Source of the DNA: Candidatus Levyibacteriota bacterium
GTDB taxonomy: Bacteria > Patescibacteriota > Microgenomatia > Levybacterales > UBA12049
Length of the DNA: 64,000 bases
Direction: 5' to 3'
NCBI GenBank assembly: GCA_016199085.1
Contig: JACQHJ010000003.1
Span: 103,517-167,516 of the forward strand
In this document: positions 1 through 9,732 of the stretch, one piece after another
How the letters are laid out: each line of letters begins with the position of its first letter
Numbering within the stretch: position 1 is the stretch's first letter
Notes under the pieces: model-generated
What the model was told of the DNA's origin: nothing
What the model saw: the letters and a program-made list of their open reading frames with translations, nothing else
Databases searched by the model: none
Translations under genes and position numbers: made by a program

Positions 1-748
1 TATTTTTGATATTTAGAAAATTGTGCCTTATCTCAAAAGCGATAAATAATGACCAGCCTATTAAAAATCCGACAAAAACAACCAGATAGTTTTTAGCAAG
101 ATCTACAAAAGCTTTGTTTAATTTAGATTTATAAAGCACTGCAAATAACATATAGAAAAATATGACCGCTCCCAAAAAAAGCGCCAGATAATGAAGTTGC
201 ATTGCTATCCCTAAAAGAATTCCTGCAAGAAAGAAAAGCTTAAGGCTACTTCTTTTTATAGCTTCGTAAATTACAAATAGAGAAAGAAGCGAGAAAAACG
301 GGAAAGGATTAGGATTCCAGGAAGATCTTGAATAAGAAGCAATTAAGGGTGAAATTGCATATAAAGCGGATGCAAAGACCGCAATACGTTTATTAAAAAA
401 TATTGAGCTGACTTTATAGACAAGAAAAACTGTTGCTATACCAAATAATGCAACCATGACTGCAGGGCCTACCGGATCGTAGTTAAAAATCCACAGGAAT
501 GGAGCCATAAAATAGTAATAGATGGAGCCAAGGAAAAATCCTCCAACCGATGACGTAGGACCTAGAAGAGTCAGTTCTCCGTGTAGTATTTCATAGACTT
601 TTAAGACGTCTCTTCCCTCATCTCCCAAAAAAGTCATGTAATCTGCTATTTTATAAAGCCTGAAAAAAGAGGCCAACAATAGTATTGCGATTAACAAAAG
701 ATTATCTTTAGTGAAAAAAGATTTTAAAATCTTTTTAATGTTGTTCAT
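1..748 (-). CDS. GT-C family membrane glycosyltransferase (ArnT/PMT-like), 5' part only; C-terminus lies beyond the window edge
   Basis: Not in the ORF track because it has no stop inside the window. Hand translation of the minus strand from ATG at 748-746 gives MNNIKKILKSFFTKDNLLLIAILLLASFFRLYKIADMTFLGDEGRDVL... followed by several predicted TM helices. The first-loop acidic GDEGRD motif after TM1 is typical of GT-C (GT39/GT83). The ATG overlaps the stop of the upstream GT2-GtrA gene as ATGA. Confidence 0.6.
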   Translation of the reverse strand, partial: MNNIKKILKSFFTKDNLLLIAILLLASFFRLYKIADYMTFLGDEGRDVLKVYEILHGELTLLGPTSSVGGFFLGSIYYYFMAPFLWIFNYDPVGPAVMVALFGIATVFLVYKVSSIFFNKRIAVFASALYAISPLIASYSRSSWNPNPFPFFSLLSLFVIYEAIKRSSLKLFFLAGILLGIAMQLHYLALFLGAVIFFYMLFAVLYKSKLNKAFVDLAKNYLVVFVGFLIGWSLFIAFEIRHNFLNIKN

Positions 749-1872
749 TGATGAGGTTTTTTTCGCCAAATAACAAATCTATACATTGTGAAGTTATAAA
801 TCAAAAGCACTCCTGTTGCCAAGACAAAATAGACATACGGCAGGGGAAATTCTCTACCAAATAATATTTCTCCTAGCTGGATAAGTCCTGACTGGATAAA
901 AAATACACCTGTATTGGAAGTTGCGAAAAAAGCTGCCATTTTCTTAAAATACGATCCCGCGGTTCCTGACTTTTCTTTTTTAAAAGTCCAGAGATTATTT
1001 AAATTATAGTTTGAAAAAATAGCAAGCTGGGCTGATAACTGGTTTGAAACGCCAAGAGGAAGAGTTGAACCTACCAACACTCTGTAAACAATAAGTTGTA
1101 GTAAAAATCCAATGCCTCCAACAATTAAAAACTTGCCAAACGATCCGTGGATCAGCCTTACGGTAATAACAAATACGAGCGTTCTTATAATAGTTTCTAT
1201 TCCCGGTATTTTTGATTTACCCTTTGTTCTATCTTTTGCGTTAAATGGAACTTCAGTAACCTTAAATCCGTCTAAGACTGCGTTATATAAAAATCCTACC
1301 TGGAAAGTGTAACCAGTGAATTTATCAAGCTTTGCACGCTCTTTCAAAAACACTTCTTTTTTAATAGCCCTGTATCCCCCTGTCCAGTCATCAATTCCCT
1401 TTCTTCCGAATAAAAGCCTGATAAACATATTGCCGTAAACCGACATTATCTTTCTGTGCACTCCCCAATCCTCTGGAATTGATCCTCCCTGGCTGTAGCG
1501 AGTACCGACTACAAAATCAAAACCTTCGTCAATTTTTTCTAAAAATGCAGGGATTTTTGCAGGATCGTGGAAAAGATCGGCATCCATTTCAAACATGACG
1601 TCTGCATTCATTTTTTCAACTGCATAAGTCATTCCCCGAATATACGCTGCCCCCAAACCGTTTTTCTCTCCTTCGTTTATATCGATATTGTCATACTTTT
1701 TCATTAAATCCCTTACAATATCACCTGTTCCATCAGGAGATGAATCATCGGCTACAAGAATAGACATTTTGTGATTAGTAATTTTAGGGAAAATTTCCTG
1801 TTCCAAGATATCAATCAAGCGCTCGATATTCCCTTTCTCATTATATGTGGGCACAACAATAACTACATTCAT
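745..1872 (-). CDS. GT2 polyprenyl-phosphate glycosyltransferase (DPM1/ArnC-like) fused to a C-terminal GtrA-like membrane domain
   Basis: N-terminus VVIVVPTYNEKGNI ... DADLFHDP is the DPM1/ArnC-type GT2 signature. The C-terminal ~110 aa are hydrophobic and GtrA-like (FLIVGGIGFLLQLIVY...). Confidence 0.8.
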   Translation of the reverse strand: MNVVIVVPTYNEKGNIERLIDILEQEIFPKITNHKMSILVADDSSPDGTGDIVRDLMKKYDNIDINEGEKNGLGAAYIRGMTYAVEKMNADVMFEMDADLFHDPAKIPAFLEKIDEGFDFVVGTRYSQGGSIPEDWGVHRKIMSVYGNMFIRLLFGRKGIDDWTGGYRAIKKEVFLKERAKLDKFTGYTFQVGFLYNAVLDGFKVTEVPFNAKDRTKGKSKIPGIETIIRTLVFVITVRLIHGSFGKFLIVGGIGFLLQLIVYRVLVGSTLPLGVSNQLSAQLAIFSNYNLNNLWTFKKEKSGTAGSYFKKMAAFFATSNTGVFFIQSGLIQLGEILFGREFPLPYVYFVLATGVLLIYNFTMYRFVIWRKKPHQ

Positions 1873-1889
1873 CAGCTTAGTTAATTAAA

Positions 1890-2843
1890 TCACAAACTCC
1901 TGAAATATTCTATGGTTCTTTGCAGTCCGTCTTCCAGCTTAATGCGCGGCTCCCAATCCAAAAGTCTTTTTGCTTTTGAGACATCGGGTTTTCTTTTATG
2001 AGGATCATCAATGGGAAGACTCTCCGAAAGGACAATCTCTGAGTCTGAATTAGTAAGTTTTTTTATTAAATTGGCATATTCAAGGACGCTTAATTCCTCA
2101 GGAGATCCAAGGTTGACAATCTCACCTTTTGTATCGGGGCTAAACATAAGTTTTATTAAACCCTCTACCAAATCCTCTACAAAACACAGTGACCTTGTCT
2201 GGTTTCCGTCACCAAAAACAGTTAGAGGTCTTTTCTCCAAAGCTTGCGTTATAAATTCAACGATCATTCTTTTGTCTTCTTTCATCATTCCCGGTCCGTA
2301 AGTATTGAAAATCCTGGCAATTCTTGCGTCAACATTTTTGCTTCTGACAAAATACGCAACTATTGTCTCTCCGAATCTTTTTGATTCGTCATAGACAGAG
2401 CGCGGACCCGTCGTTGAAGTATTTCCCCTATATTCCTCCGTTTGCGGATGCTCTAAGGGATCTCCGTATATTTCAGAGCTTGAAGTAAATAAAAACTTTG
2501 CATTTTGTTTTTGACTAAATTCCAAAAGCCTCATCGTCCCTGTAGTATTGGCAAGCATGGTCTCCAAAGGAAGAGCGTGGTAGCTTATTTTACTATGATG
2601 ATTGGGCGATGCGGGAGATGCAAGGTGGAAAACAAAGTTAGCTTTAATCTTGTCTGGAAGCGGCTTTGTAATATCTCTGTTTATAAAAGAAAAGTTAGGA
2701 TTTTTCTCTAAATCTTTAATTTTGCCTTTAGAGCTGCTTATAAAGTTATCTATAGAGATTACTTTTAGATTTTTATCAAGAAGTGCTTTACAAAGATGTG
2801 CCCCGATAAAACCAGCTCCACCCGCTACTAAACAAGTATCCAT
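1890..2843 (-). CDS. uxs: UDP-glucuronate decarboxylase (UDP-xylose synthase)
   Basis: Rossmann GGAGFIGAHL at the N-terminus. Strong identity to UXS1 across the protein (SSSEIYGDP, RIARIFNTYGPGM, LTVFGDGNQTRSLCFVEDLVEGL, DDPHKRKPDVSKAKRLLDWEP). Confidence 0.8.
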   Translation of the reverse strand: MDTCLVAGGAGFIGAHLCKALLDKNLKVISIDNFISSSKGKIKDLEKNPNFSFINRDITKPLPDKIKANFVFHLASPASPNHHSKISYHALPLETMLANTTGTMRLLEFSQKQNAKFLFTSSSEIYGDPLEHPQTEEYRGNTSTTGPRSVYDESKRFGETIVAYFVRSKNVDARIARIFNTYGPGMMKEDKRMIVEFITQALEKRPLTVFGDGNQTRSLCFVEDLVEGLIKLMFSPDTKGEIVNLGSPEELSVLEYANLIKKLTNSDSEIVLSESLPIDDPHKRKPDVSKAKRLLDWEPRIKLEDGLQRTIEYFRSL

Positions 2844-2924
2844 AATTTCTACACTTAATTGTAGCCTAAAACCGCCCTTGTGAAAAGCATGAGTTTTTGG
2901 TAAAGTAATATTTGAACTTAATTT

Positions 2925-3935
2925 ATGTCTAAAAAAGCATTAATTATAGGCGTTTCTTCCCAGGACGGTTCATACCTGGCCGAACTGCTCCTTAGTAAAG
3001 GCTACGAGGTCACAGGAACCGTAAGACACACTACAAACTTCTACCAGGAAAACATCACTCACCTCTACGGAAAGATAGGAATTGAAGCTGCGGATTTAAT
3101 TGATCTTGAAAGCCTTGCCAATGCCGTCAGAAAAAGTAAACCCGATGAAGTCTATAATATTGCCGCACAAAGTATCCCTGCAGACAGCTGGACTCATCCT
3201 TTCTATACGGGTGAGGTAACAGCTTTGGGTGCCGTACGGGCAATGGAGGCAGTCAGGCACTTTGCTCCTGGTGCCAAATTCTATCAGGCAACGAGTAGGG
3301 AAATTTACGGCAATATCCAAGCTGAAGCTGCAACAGAAGACCTTTTGTGCGATGCCAATAACCCATACGGCATAGCCAAGGCCTATGCTCACATGATGGC
3401 ACGCTGCTATAGAGAATCTTTCGGTATGTTTGTCTGTGGAGGAATCCTCTTTAACCACGAAAGTCCAAGAAGAAGCTTGCATTTTGTAACCAGGAAAATA
3501 TCGGCTGCTGCAGCTTGTATTAAAAATGGAGTCAAAAATCCGCCCCTAAATGAGCTTGGAGAACCGTTGGTTGATAAAAATGGCAAGCTCCACCTTGGTA
3601 ACCTGGATTCAAAAAGAGACTGGGGCTATGCAAAGGAATATGTAGAGGCAATGTGGCTTATCGTCCAAAATTCTACTCCCAAAGATTATGTGATAGGAAC
3701 AAACAAGACATATTCCGTAAGAGAGGCATGTAAGATTGCCTTTGACCATGTTGGTCTTAACTGGGAAGATCACGTTGTCTCAAATGAAAAGCTACTTAGA
3801 CCTACCGAGATTAAGGAGCTAAAAGGAGATTATTCTCTTGCTAAAAAAGAGCTTGGATGGGAACCAAAGACCTCATTTGAGCAACTTATGAAAATAATGG
3901 TAGAAGCAGATCTCGAGAGATTTAAAATCCACTAA
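2925..3935 (+). CDS. gmd: GDP-mannose 4,6-dehydratase
   Basis: KKALIIGVSSQDGSYLAELLLSKGYEVTG and NLDSKRDWGYAKEYVEAMW are typical of Gmd. Confidence 0.9.
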   Translation: MSKKALIIGVSSQDGSYLAELLLSKGYEVTGTVRHTTNFYQENITHLYGKIGIEAADLIDLESLANAVRKSKPDEVYNIAAQSIPADSWTHPFYTGEVTALGAVRAMEAVRHFAPGAKFYQATSREIYGNIQAEAATEDLLCDANNPYGIAKAYAHMMARCYRESFGMFVCGGILFNHESPRRSLHFVTRKISAAAACIKNGVKNPPLNELGEPLVDKNGKLHLGNLDSKRDWGYAKEYVEAMWLIVQNSTPKDYVIGTNKTYSVREACKIAFDHVGLNWEDHVVSNEKLLRPTEIKELKGDYSLAKKELGWEPKTSFEQLMKIMVEADLERFKIH

Positions 3936-4888
3936 GAGGTTTGTCTCCAGTATTCAAGAATTTCCTTTAAGGTAGCATCCAATGGAATTTGCGGTTTCCA
4001 GCCTGTTAGAGAATTAATTTTTGTATTGTCACATAAAAGCTCTGGGTTATCGCTTGGACGAAGAAGGGCTGGGTCTACTTCAACCTTAATTTTGGAATCT
4101 GAAAAAGAGAGTAAAATATTTAAGACATCTGACATCTTGTATGATCTTCCAGAACCTATGTTATAAACCTCTCCCGAAATACCTTTTTCCATTAAAAGAA
4201 CATAAGCCTGCATCATATCTTTCACGTCTGTAAAGTCCCTTTTGGACTCAAGGTTTCCGACCGTAAGAACAGGTTCTCTTTTGCCTTTTTCGATTTCTGC
4301 AATTTTTTTGGCAAAAGCGCTCGTTGCAAACTGGTCTGTCTGACCGGGACCGATATGATTAAAAGGTCTGACTCTAACAATATCCATTGAATAAGCCATA
4401 AAATACTGAAGGCCTATAAAATCTTGGGTAAGTTTTGAAACTGCATAAGGACTAATTGGTCTTAACGCCGTATCTTCATCAATGGGAAGATCTTTTGCAT
4501 CCACTTTTCCGTAGACTTCTGCCGATGAAATAATCATAATCCTTGGTTTAAGATCCAAGCTTCTGACTGCTTCCAAAAGATTTAATTGGGAATTGATATT
4601 ATTGGTCATAACCACGCTTGGCTCGCTAAAACTTTGGGCAGAAGACGCTATTGCTGCCAAGTGATAAATCTGATCAGGCTTAACTTTAGTTAAAACCTCC
4701 AGTACTGCCTTACTATCCATTAGATCAAGCTGGAAAAGGTTTAAATTATTCTTTATATCTTCTATTAAACTGAGGTTTTTCCCTAAGTGGTATGTTCCAG
4801 CCACCTCTCCCTTTTTAGACATGGTGAGGTTTCGGGCAAGATAACTACCCGCAAATCCACTAATCCCTGTAATAAGGATTTTTCTCAT
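3932..4888 (-). CDS. rmd: GDP-4-dehydro-6-deoxy-D-mannose reductase (Rmd-like short-chain epimerase/reductase)
   Basis: ITGISGFAGSYLA, PYAVSKL, RVRPFNHIGPGQ and VGNLESKRDFTDVKD match the pattern of Pseudomonas Rmd. It is convergent with gmd. Confidence 0.65.
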   Translation of the reverse strand: MRKILITGISGFAGSYLARNLTMSKKGEVAGTYHLGKNLSLIEDIKNNLNLFQLDLMDSKAVLEVLTKVKPDQIYHLAAIASSAQSFSEPSVVMTNNINSQLNLLEAVRSLDLKPRIMIISSAEVYGKVDAKDLPIDEDTALRPISPYAVSKLTQDFIGLQYFMAYSMDIVRVRPFNHIGPGQTDQFATSAFAKKIAEIEKGKREPVLTVGNLESKRDFTDVKDMMQAYVLLMEKGISGEVYNIGSGRSYKMSDVLNILLSFSDSKIKVEVDPALLRPSDNPELLCDNTKINSLTGWKPQIPLDATLKEILEYWRQTS

Positions 4889-6180
4889 TATCTTCCAACT
4901 CCCTGATAGGTAATCTCGAGTCTTTTAACTTCCTGCGGATTATAAATGTTTCTTCCGTCAAGTATAACCGGTTTTTTCATTACCTCTTTTATTTTTGCAA
5001 GATCAAGCTGTTTAAATTCATTCCATTCTGTAAGAACTATTAAAAGATCAGCGTCTCTTGCAGCCGAATATGAATCTTCACAAAACTCTACACCTGAAAA
5101 GATTTTTTTGGCATTTTCCATTGCAACCGGATCATAGGCTTTTATTTTTGCGCCATCCTTTAAAAGAGCGTTGATTATGGGAATTGACGGAGCATCTCTC
5201 ATGTCATCGGTGTTAGGCTTAAATGACAGTCCCAAAACACCAATCGTTGCGCCTTTAACATTGTTTCCTAGAAGTTTTTTGGCTTTGACAACTATGTCAT
5301 CCATTGCATCTGAATTTATTTTATCCACGGCTTTTAAAAGTTCGAAGTCATAACCATAAGAGTCGGCAATTGAGATTAACGCTTTGACGTCTTTTGGGAA
5401 GCAGGAACCCCCAAAACCTGCGCCTGGGGAAAGGAACTGATTTCCGATTCTTGCGTCATAACCTATTCCTTCCAGCACCTTTAGTCCGTCAGCTTCTGAT
5501 GCCTCGCTAAGTTTTGCAATTGCGTTTGAAAAAGATATTTTTGTAGCCAAAAATGCATTGGCAGCGTATTTAATCATCTCAGCTGTTTCAATATTTGTTA
5601 AAACATAATTTCCGTCAATTGGCTCGTGGAGTTCTACTAATAATTCCCGGGCTTTTTGGCTGTCTGTTCCGATGACTATTCTATCGGGATGCAACGTGTC
5701 TGATATTGCCTGACCTTCTCTTAAAAATTCAGGGACAGAGCCAAGGTCGTATTCGGCCTTTTGGGGTTTTACCTTTTCTATAATTTCCCGTGTCTTTTTA
5801 TTTGTTCCGACAGGCACTGTGCTTTTTGTGACAACAACCGTATATCCGTCAAGATTCTTACCTATCTTTTCGGCGACTTCAAAGACAACAGAAAGATCTG
5901 CTTCTCCATTTTGTTTTGGAGGAGTACCAACGGCAATGAAGACCACTTTTGAGGAAGGAATCGCCTGGTCATAATTAAGAGTAAACAAAAGCCTTCCTGC
6001 GTTAACATTTCTTTGGACGATTTCCGAAAGACCCGGTTCGTAGATTGGGATTATGCCTTTTTTAAGGTTTTCTATTTTTTCCTTGGTGTGTCCTATTACC
6101 CAGACAGTGTTTCCAAGATCTGCAAAAACAGCTGCTGTGACCAATCCCACATATCCGTGCCCTACAAAAGTTATTGTCAT
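4888..6180 (-). CDS. ugd: UDP-glucose 6-dehydrogenase
   Basis: ITFVGHGYVGLVTAAVFADLGN and the catalytic GFGGSCFPKD motif. Confidence 0.9.
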   Translation of the reverse strand: MTITFVGHGYVGLVTAAVFADLGNTVWVIGHTKEKIENLKKGIIPIYEPGLSEIVQRNVNAGRLLFTLNYDQAIPSSKVVFIAVGTPPKQNGEADLSVVFEVAEKIGKNLDGYTVVVTKSTVPVGTNKKTREIIEKVKPQKAEYDLGSVPEFLREGQAISDTLHPDRIVIGTDSQKARELLVELHEPIDGNYVLTNIETAEMIKYAANAFLATKISFSNAIAKLSEASEADGLKVLEGIGYDARIGNQFLSPGAGFGGSCFPKDVKALISIADSYGYDFELLKAVDKINSDAMDDIVVKAKKLLGNNVKGATIGVLGLSFKPNTDDMRDAPSIPIINALLKDGAKIKAYDPVAMENAKKIFSGVEFCEDSYSAARDADLLIVLTEWNEFKQLDLAKIKEVMKKPVILDGRNIYNPQEVKRLEITYQGVGR

Positions 6181-7046
6181 AAGTTTTCCTTTATAATAGA
6201 AAGTCCTTCTTCAAGTGTATGCATTACTACGCCAAGCCTTCTTATTTTAGCATTGTTCAAAGCTGATGAAAAGGGCTCAGGGGGACGACCCACTAAAAAT
6301 TCTTTTCTCGTAGTTTTAGATACCAAGCCCTGATCAAGATTGAATGTCTTTGCGATTAATAAAACCGCATCATACATACTTATGATTTGACTTCCGACGG
6401 CGTGATACACGCCCGTTTCGTCTTTTTCAATTAAAGTGTCTATTGCCAAACCCAGATCGTCGATAAAGGTGGGGGTAACCAATCTGTCTTCTAAAACTGC
6501 AATTGGTTTTTTCTCGGATAGCCAAGTTTTAAAAAATCTTACAAAATCCGGCTTTTCAAATGAAGCCCTGTATGGATATGCGAGCCTTATAATTAACCAA
6601 GGCGTTTGAAGTTGATTAACTATCTTTTCCGCCTCATATTTAGTTTTTGCATAGAAACTCAAAGGGTTTGGTACTGATCTTTCGCTAAAACCACCCACTG
6701 GCATATCGTCTCCTCCCAAAACCAAATCCGTTGAGAAATAAATTAATTTTTTACTTAGTTTACTGCAGGCTTTTGCGACATTGTCTGTTCCGACTACATT
6801 TATTTTCCAAGACTGGCTTTTTTCTCCCAAATCTCTCTCTTTCTCTGCCTGCTTTACATCGGTATAAGCAGCAAGATGCAAAACTATGTCTGCATCAAAA
6901 GAAGATATTGCTTTTAAGACAGAGTCGTAATCAGTAATATCAGCTCCTGTTGATCTGCTGATGTTTTCAAAAGTGTGTTTTTCTTTAAGAAGATCTACTA
7001 TTCTTGAGCCTATCAGGCCATTTAAGCCTGTTCCTAAAATTTTCAT
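6177..7046 (-). CDS. rmlD: dTDP-4-dehydrorhamnose reductase
   Basis: MKILGTGLNGLIGSRIVDLL...ADITDYDSV is the RmlD N-terminal pattern. There is a 4-bp overlap with ugd. Confidence 0.75.
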   Translation of the reverse strand: MKILGTGLNGLIGSRIVDLLKEKHTFENISRSTGADITDYDSVLKAISSFDADIVLHLAAYTDVKQAEKERDLGEKSQSWKINVVGTDNVAKACSKLSKKLIYFSTDLVLGGDDMPVGGFSERSVPNPLSFYAKTKYEAEKIVNQLQTPWLIIRLAYPYRASFEKPDFVRFFKTWLSEKKPIAVLEDRLVTPTFIDDLGLAIDTLIEKDETGVYHAVGSQIISMYDAVLLIAKTFNLDQGLVSKTTRKEFLVGRPPEPFSSALNNAKIRRLGVVMHTLEEGLSIIKENL

Positions 7047-7067
7047 AAGAAAAAGTTTGGCAATACA

Positions 7068-8087
7068 CTAAAGACCGTCATTGCCAAATTGTTTAGCGTA
7101 GTAATCCTTAAATTCCCCTGATTTGATTTTCCTCCACCATTCTTCGTTTTCTCTGTACCAATCAATTGTAATCTTAAGACCGTCCTCAAAATTGTGTTTT
7201 GGTTCCCAACCAAGCTCTTTTCGTATCTTTGACCAGTCGATGTCATATCTGCGATCGTTTCCTGGCCTATCAGCGACCATTTGAATCAGATCCTCATCTT
7301 TACCCATTAAAGAAAGAATTTTTTTAACAGTATCAAGATTTGACATACCGCTTTTTAACCCTCCTACCAAATACGTCTCGCCTATTTTTCCTTTTTCCAA
7401 AATGAGTTCAATTGCCGATATATGGTCTTCGACAAATAACCAGTCCCTTTCATTTTTCCCGTCTCCATGAATTGGGATTTTTTTGTCCTCCAACGCATTA
7501 GTTATAGCAAGGGGAATAAGCTTTTCGGGATACATTGCGGGACCGAAATTATTCGAGCAGTTGCTGATTGTTATGGGAAGGTTATAGGTATAAAAATATG
7601 CCCTGACCAAGTGATCCGATCCTGCTTTTGTAGCAGAATAGGGACTTCTGGGATTGTATTTTGTTTCCTCGTTAAACTTATGATCTTTATCAAGTTCCAA
7701 TGTTCCGAAAACTTCATCTGTTGAAATATGATGGAATCTTTGAATTTTATGTTTTTTGGCAACTTCCAAAAGAGTATAGGTTCCAACCAAATTTGACTGG
7801 ATAAAAGGCCATGGATCCATGATCGATCTGTCAACGTGGGTTTCGGCTGCAAAATGGACAACAATGCCGACTCCGTTCATGATCTTTTCTACCAAGGGCA
7901 TGTCAGATATATCGCCTTTAACAAATTCATAATTGGGGCTGTCTATTACCTGCTGAAGATTTACAAGGCTTCCGGCATAAGTGAGGTTATCGAGGTTGAC
8001 AATATTGTCGTCGGGATGGTTTTTGATCCAATAGTTGATAAAGTGTGAGCCGATAAATCCTGCTCCGCCGGTGACCAAAAGCTTCAT
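7068..8087 (-). CDS. rmlB: dTDP-glucose 4,6-dehydratase
   Basis: MKLLVTGGAGFIGSHF and HFAAETHVDRS, with RmlB-like sequence throughout. Confidence 0.9.
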   Translation of the reverse strand: MKLLVTGGAGFIGSHFINYWIKNHPDDNIVNLDNLTYAGSLVNLQQVIDSPNYEFVKGDISDMPLVEKIMNGVGIVVHFAAETHVDRSIMDPWPFIQSNLVGTYTLLEVAKKHKIQRFHHISTDEVFGTLELDKDHKFNEETKYNPRSPYSATKAGSDHLVRAYFYTYNLPITISNCSNNFGPAMYPEKLIPLAITNALEDKKIPIHGDGKNERDWLFVEDHISAIELILEKGKIGETYLVGGLKSGMSNLDTVKKILSLMGKDEDLIQMVADRPGNDRRYDIDWSKIRKELGWEPKHNFEDGLKITIDWYRENEEWWRKIKSGEFKDYYAKQFGNDGL

Positions 8088-8116
8088 ATTTGTCTTTTAA
8101 TCTTAACATGTCTTGT

Positions 8117-8146
8117 TTGTAAACTCAACTTAGATTGTGCTATATT
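8117..8146 (+). promoter_or_regulatory. sigma70-like promoter (TTGTAA - 18 nt - TGcTATATT, extended -10) upstream of rmlC, in the divergent rmlB/rmlC intergenic region
   Basis: Read from sequence: ttgtaa at 8117-8122, and tgctatatt at 8138-8146. Confidence 0.4.
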
Positions 8147-8153
8147 AGCCTAT

Positions 8154-8783
8154 ATGGACACAAAATATAAGCTTGCTCTTTCCCCTTCCGATCCAGGTTT
8201 TCCAGAGATGATAGAAACGACAGAAATTCCAGGTCTTTTAATTTACAAAAGAGAAACACACGAAGACGAAAGAGGTTTTTTCCATGAAATAGTAGAGCTT
8301 AGAGACCTTGAAAAAGTTTTAGGAAAAAAAATAAGTGTTGTCCAAAGTAATCATGCAAGATCAAAACCCGGAGTTATCAGAGGATTCCACAGTGAGCCCT
8401 GGGAGAAAATCATTTACGTGGCAAAAGGCGAGGTTATGGCTGTAATCGTTGATTTTAGAATTGATTCTCCTGCTTTTGGAAAGGCTGTAAAGATTATGCT
8501 TGGAGACAAAAGCCGAAATACAATTTATCTTCCTTTGGGAATGGGAAATTCATTATGCGTAACAGGAAATGAGGATGCTGAATATCTCTATCTGATTACT
8601 AACTATTTTGAAGGAAAACCAACTCCAGCTGTTTATTACAAAGACCCTATGCTGACAAAACAATTTGGAGGATGGCCAGTAGAAAATCCGATAGTGAGCG
8701 CCAAAGATGAAAGTTATCCGACTCTTAAGGAAAAATTCGGGCAGGAGGTAGATTTTTCAAAATTCCCTTGGTTAAACGAATAA
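8154..8783 (+). CDS. rmlC: dTDP-4-dehydrorhamnose 3,5-epimerase
   Basis: MIETTEIPGLLIYKRETHEDERGFFHE aligns to the RmlC N-terminus (MMIVIKTAIPDVLILEPKVFGDERGFF). The true start is probably the internal ATG at about 8208, because the first 18 codons have no RmlC counterpart. Confidence 0.85.
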   Translation: MDTKYKLALSPSDPGFPEMIETTEIPGLLIYKRETHEDERGFFHEIVELRDLEKVLGKKISVVQSNHARSKPGVIRGFHSEPWEKIIYVAKGEVMAVIVDFRIDSPAFGKAVKIMLGDKSRNTIYLPLGMGNSLCVTGNEDAEYLYLITNYFEGKPTPAVYYKDPMLTKQFGGWPVENPIVSAKDESYPTLKEKFGQEVDFSKFPWLNE

Positions 8784-9728
8784 CTACTCTGAAACTTTTA
8801 ATCCCAAAGTCGTTCTTTTCTCTAAAAATCCTATTGCCTTATCGACAATCCAATAGATAATAAATGGATATTTGTTTTTATAGTTTTTCTTATAAAAAAT
8901 CCTCATGGCACTAAATCTTTCCTTTTGAAGTCTTTTTTTGGTTTCAATGTTTGCCGTTGTTAACTCTTGGGTCTTTTTCTTGATACCGCTTGAGGCTCCT
9001 CCGATATGCATAATATTTGAAGTTCCAGCATAATAAATTTTATATCCTAATTTTTTAATATCCAGACAAAATTGCAGATCCTCACCGTAGAAAAAATAGT
9101 CCTCATCCCACCAGCCGACTTTTTCTCCAACCTCTTTCGGCATCATCATAAATGCCCCCTCTATCGCATCTACTTCATGGATGCTGTCAAAATCTTCCCA
9201 ACCCCTAGTGTATCCTGCAAAAATTCTGCTTTTAGGAAACAGTCTTTGGAGTCCCGAGAAATAACAAAGCGCATTCCAAGGAGTCGGAAAACCCCTGTGG
9301 CAATTAAAATCAATCTCTCCGTCTTTATTTATCAGCTTACAAGAAACAGCTCCTACATTTGGATTTTTGTCAAGAAATGAAATCATTTTATTAAGTGTTT
9401 CCTTATAAACAATCGTATCCGGATTTAGAAACAAAACGTATTTTCCCTTTGTATAGGCAACTCCCTTGTTGTTACCCTTGGAAAAACCTAAGTTCCCCCC
9501 GTTATCTATTATCTGAAATGTTTTTATAGATGTAGTTTCTTTATATTTTTTAAAAAACTCCAAGCTGCCGTCGGTTGAGCTATTATCCGCTACGATTACC
9601 TCGTACTCTCCTGATTTAACTTCATCGGAATAGTTTTCTTCAATCGATTTAACCGCATCTAGGGTTATTTCCTTGGTGTTGTAGGTCAAAATTATTATTG
9701 AAAGGGTAGGTCTTAAGTCTTTTTGCAT
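8784..9728 (-). CDS. Family 2 glycosyltransferase
   Basis: LSIIILTYNTKEITLDAVKSI...VIVADNSSTDGS is a GT2 signature. Confidence 0.8.
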   Translation of the reverse strand: MQKDLRPTLSIIILTYNTKEITLDAVKSIEENYSDEVKSGEYEVIVADNSSTDGSLEFFKKYKETTSIKTFQIIDNGGNLGFSKGNNKGVAYTKGKYVLFLNPDTIVYKETLNKMISFLDKNPNVGAVSCKLINKDGEIDFNCHRGFPTPWNALCYFSGLQRLFPKSRIFAGYTRGWEDFDSIHEVDAIEGAFMMMPKEVGEKVGWWDEDYFFYGEDLQFCLDIKKLGYKIYYAGTSNIMHIGGASSGIKKKTQELTTANIETKKRLQKERFSAMRIFYKKNYKNKYPFIIYWIVDKAIGFLEKRTTLGLKVSE

Positions 9729-9732
9729 ATCA

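Noticed and set aside
1112-1312. Short antisense or out-of-frame ORFs embedded in well-supported genes. There are dozens in the track; this is one example. Others include 2011..2301, 5171..5353, 28564..28797, 34370..34963 and 61440..61739.
   Set aside because: They lie fully inside longer ORFs with strong homology on the other strand or frame. They have biased, low-complexity translations. They are treated as AT-rich sequence noise.
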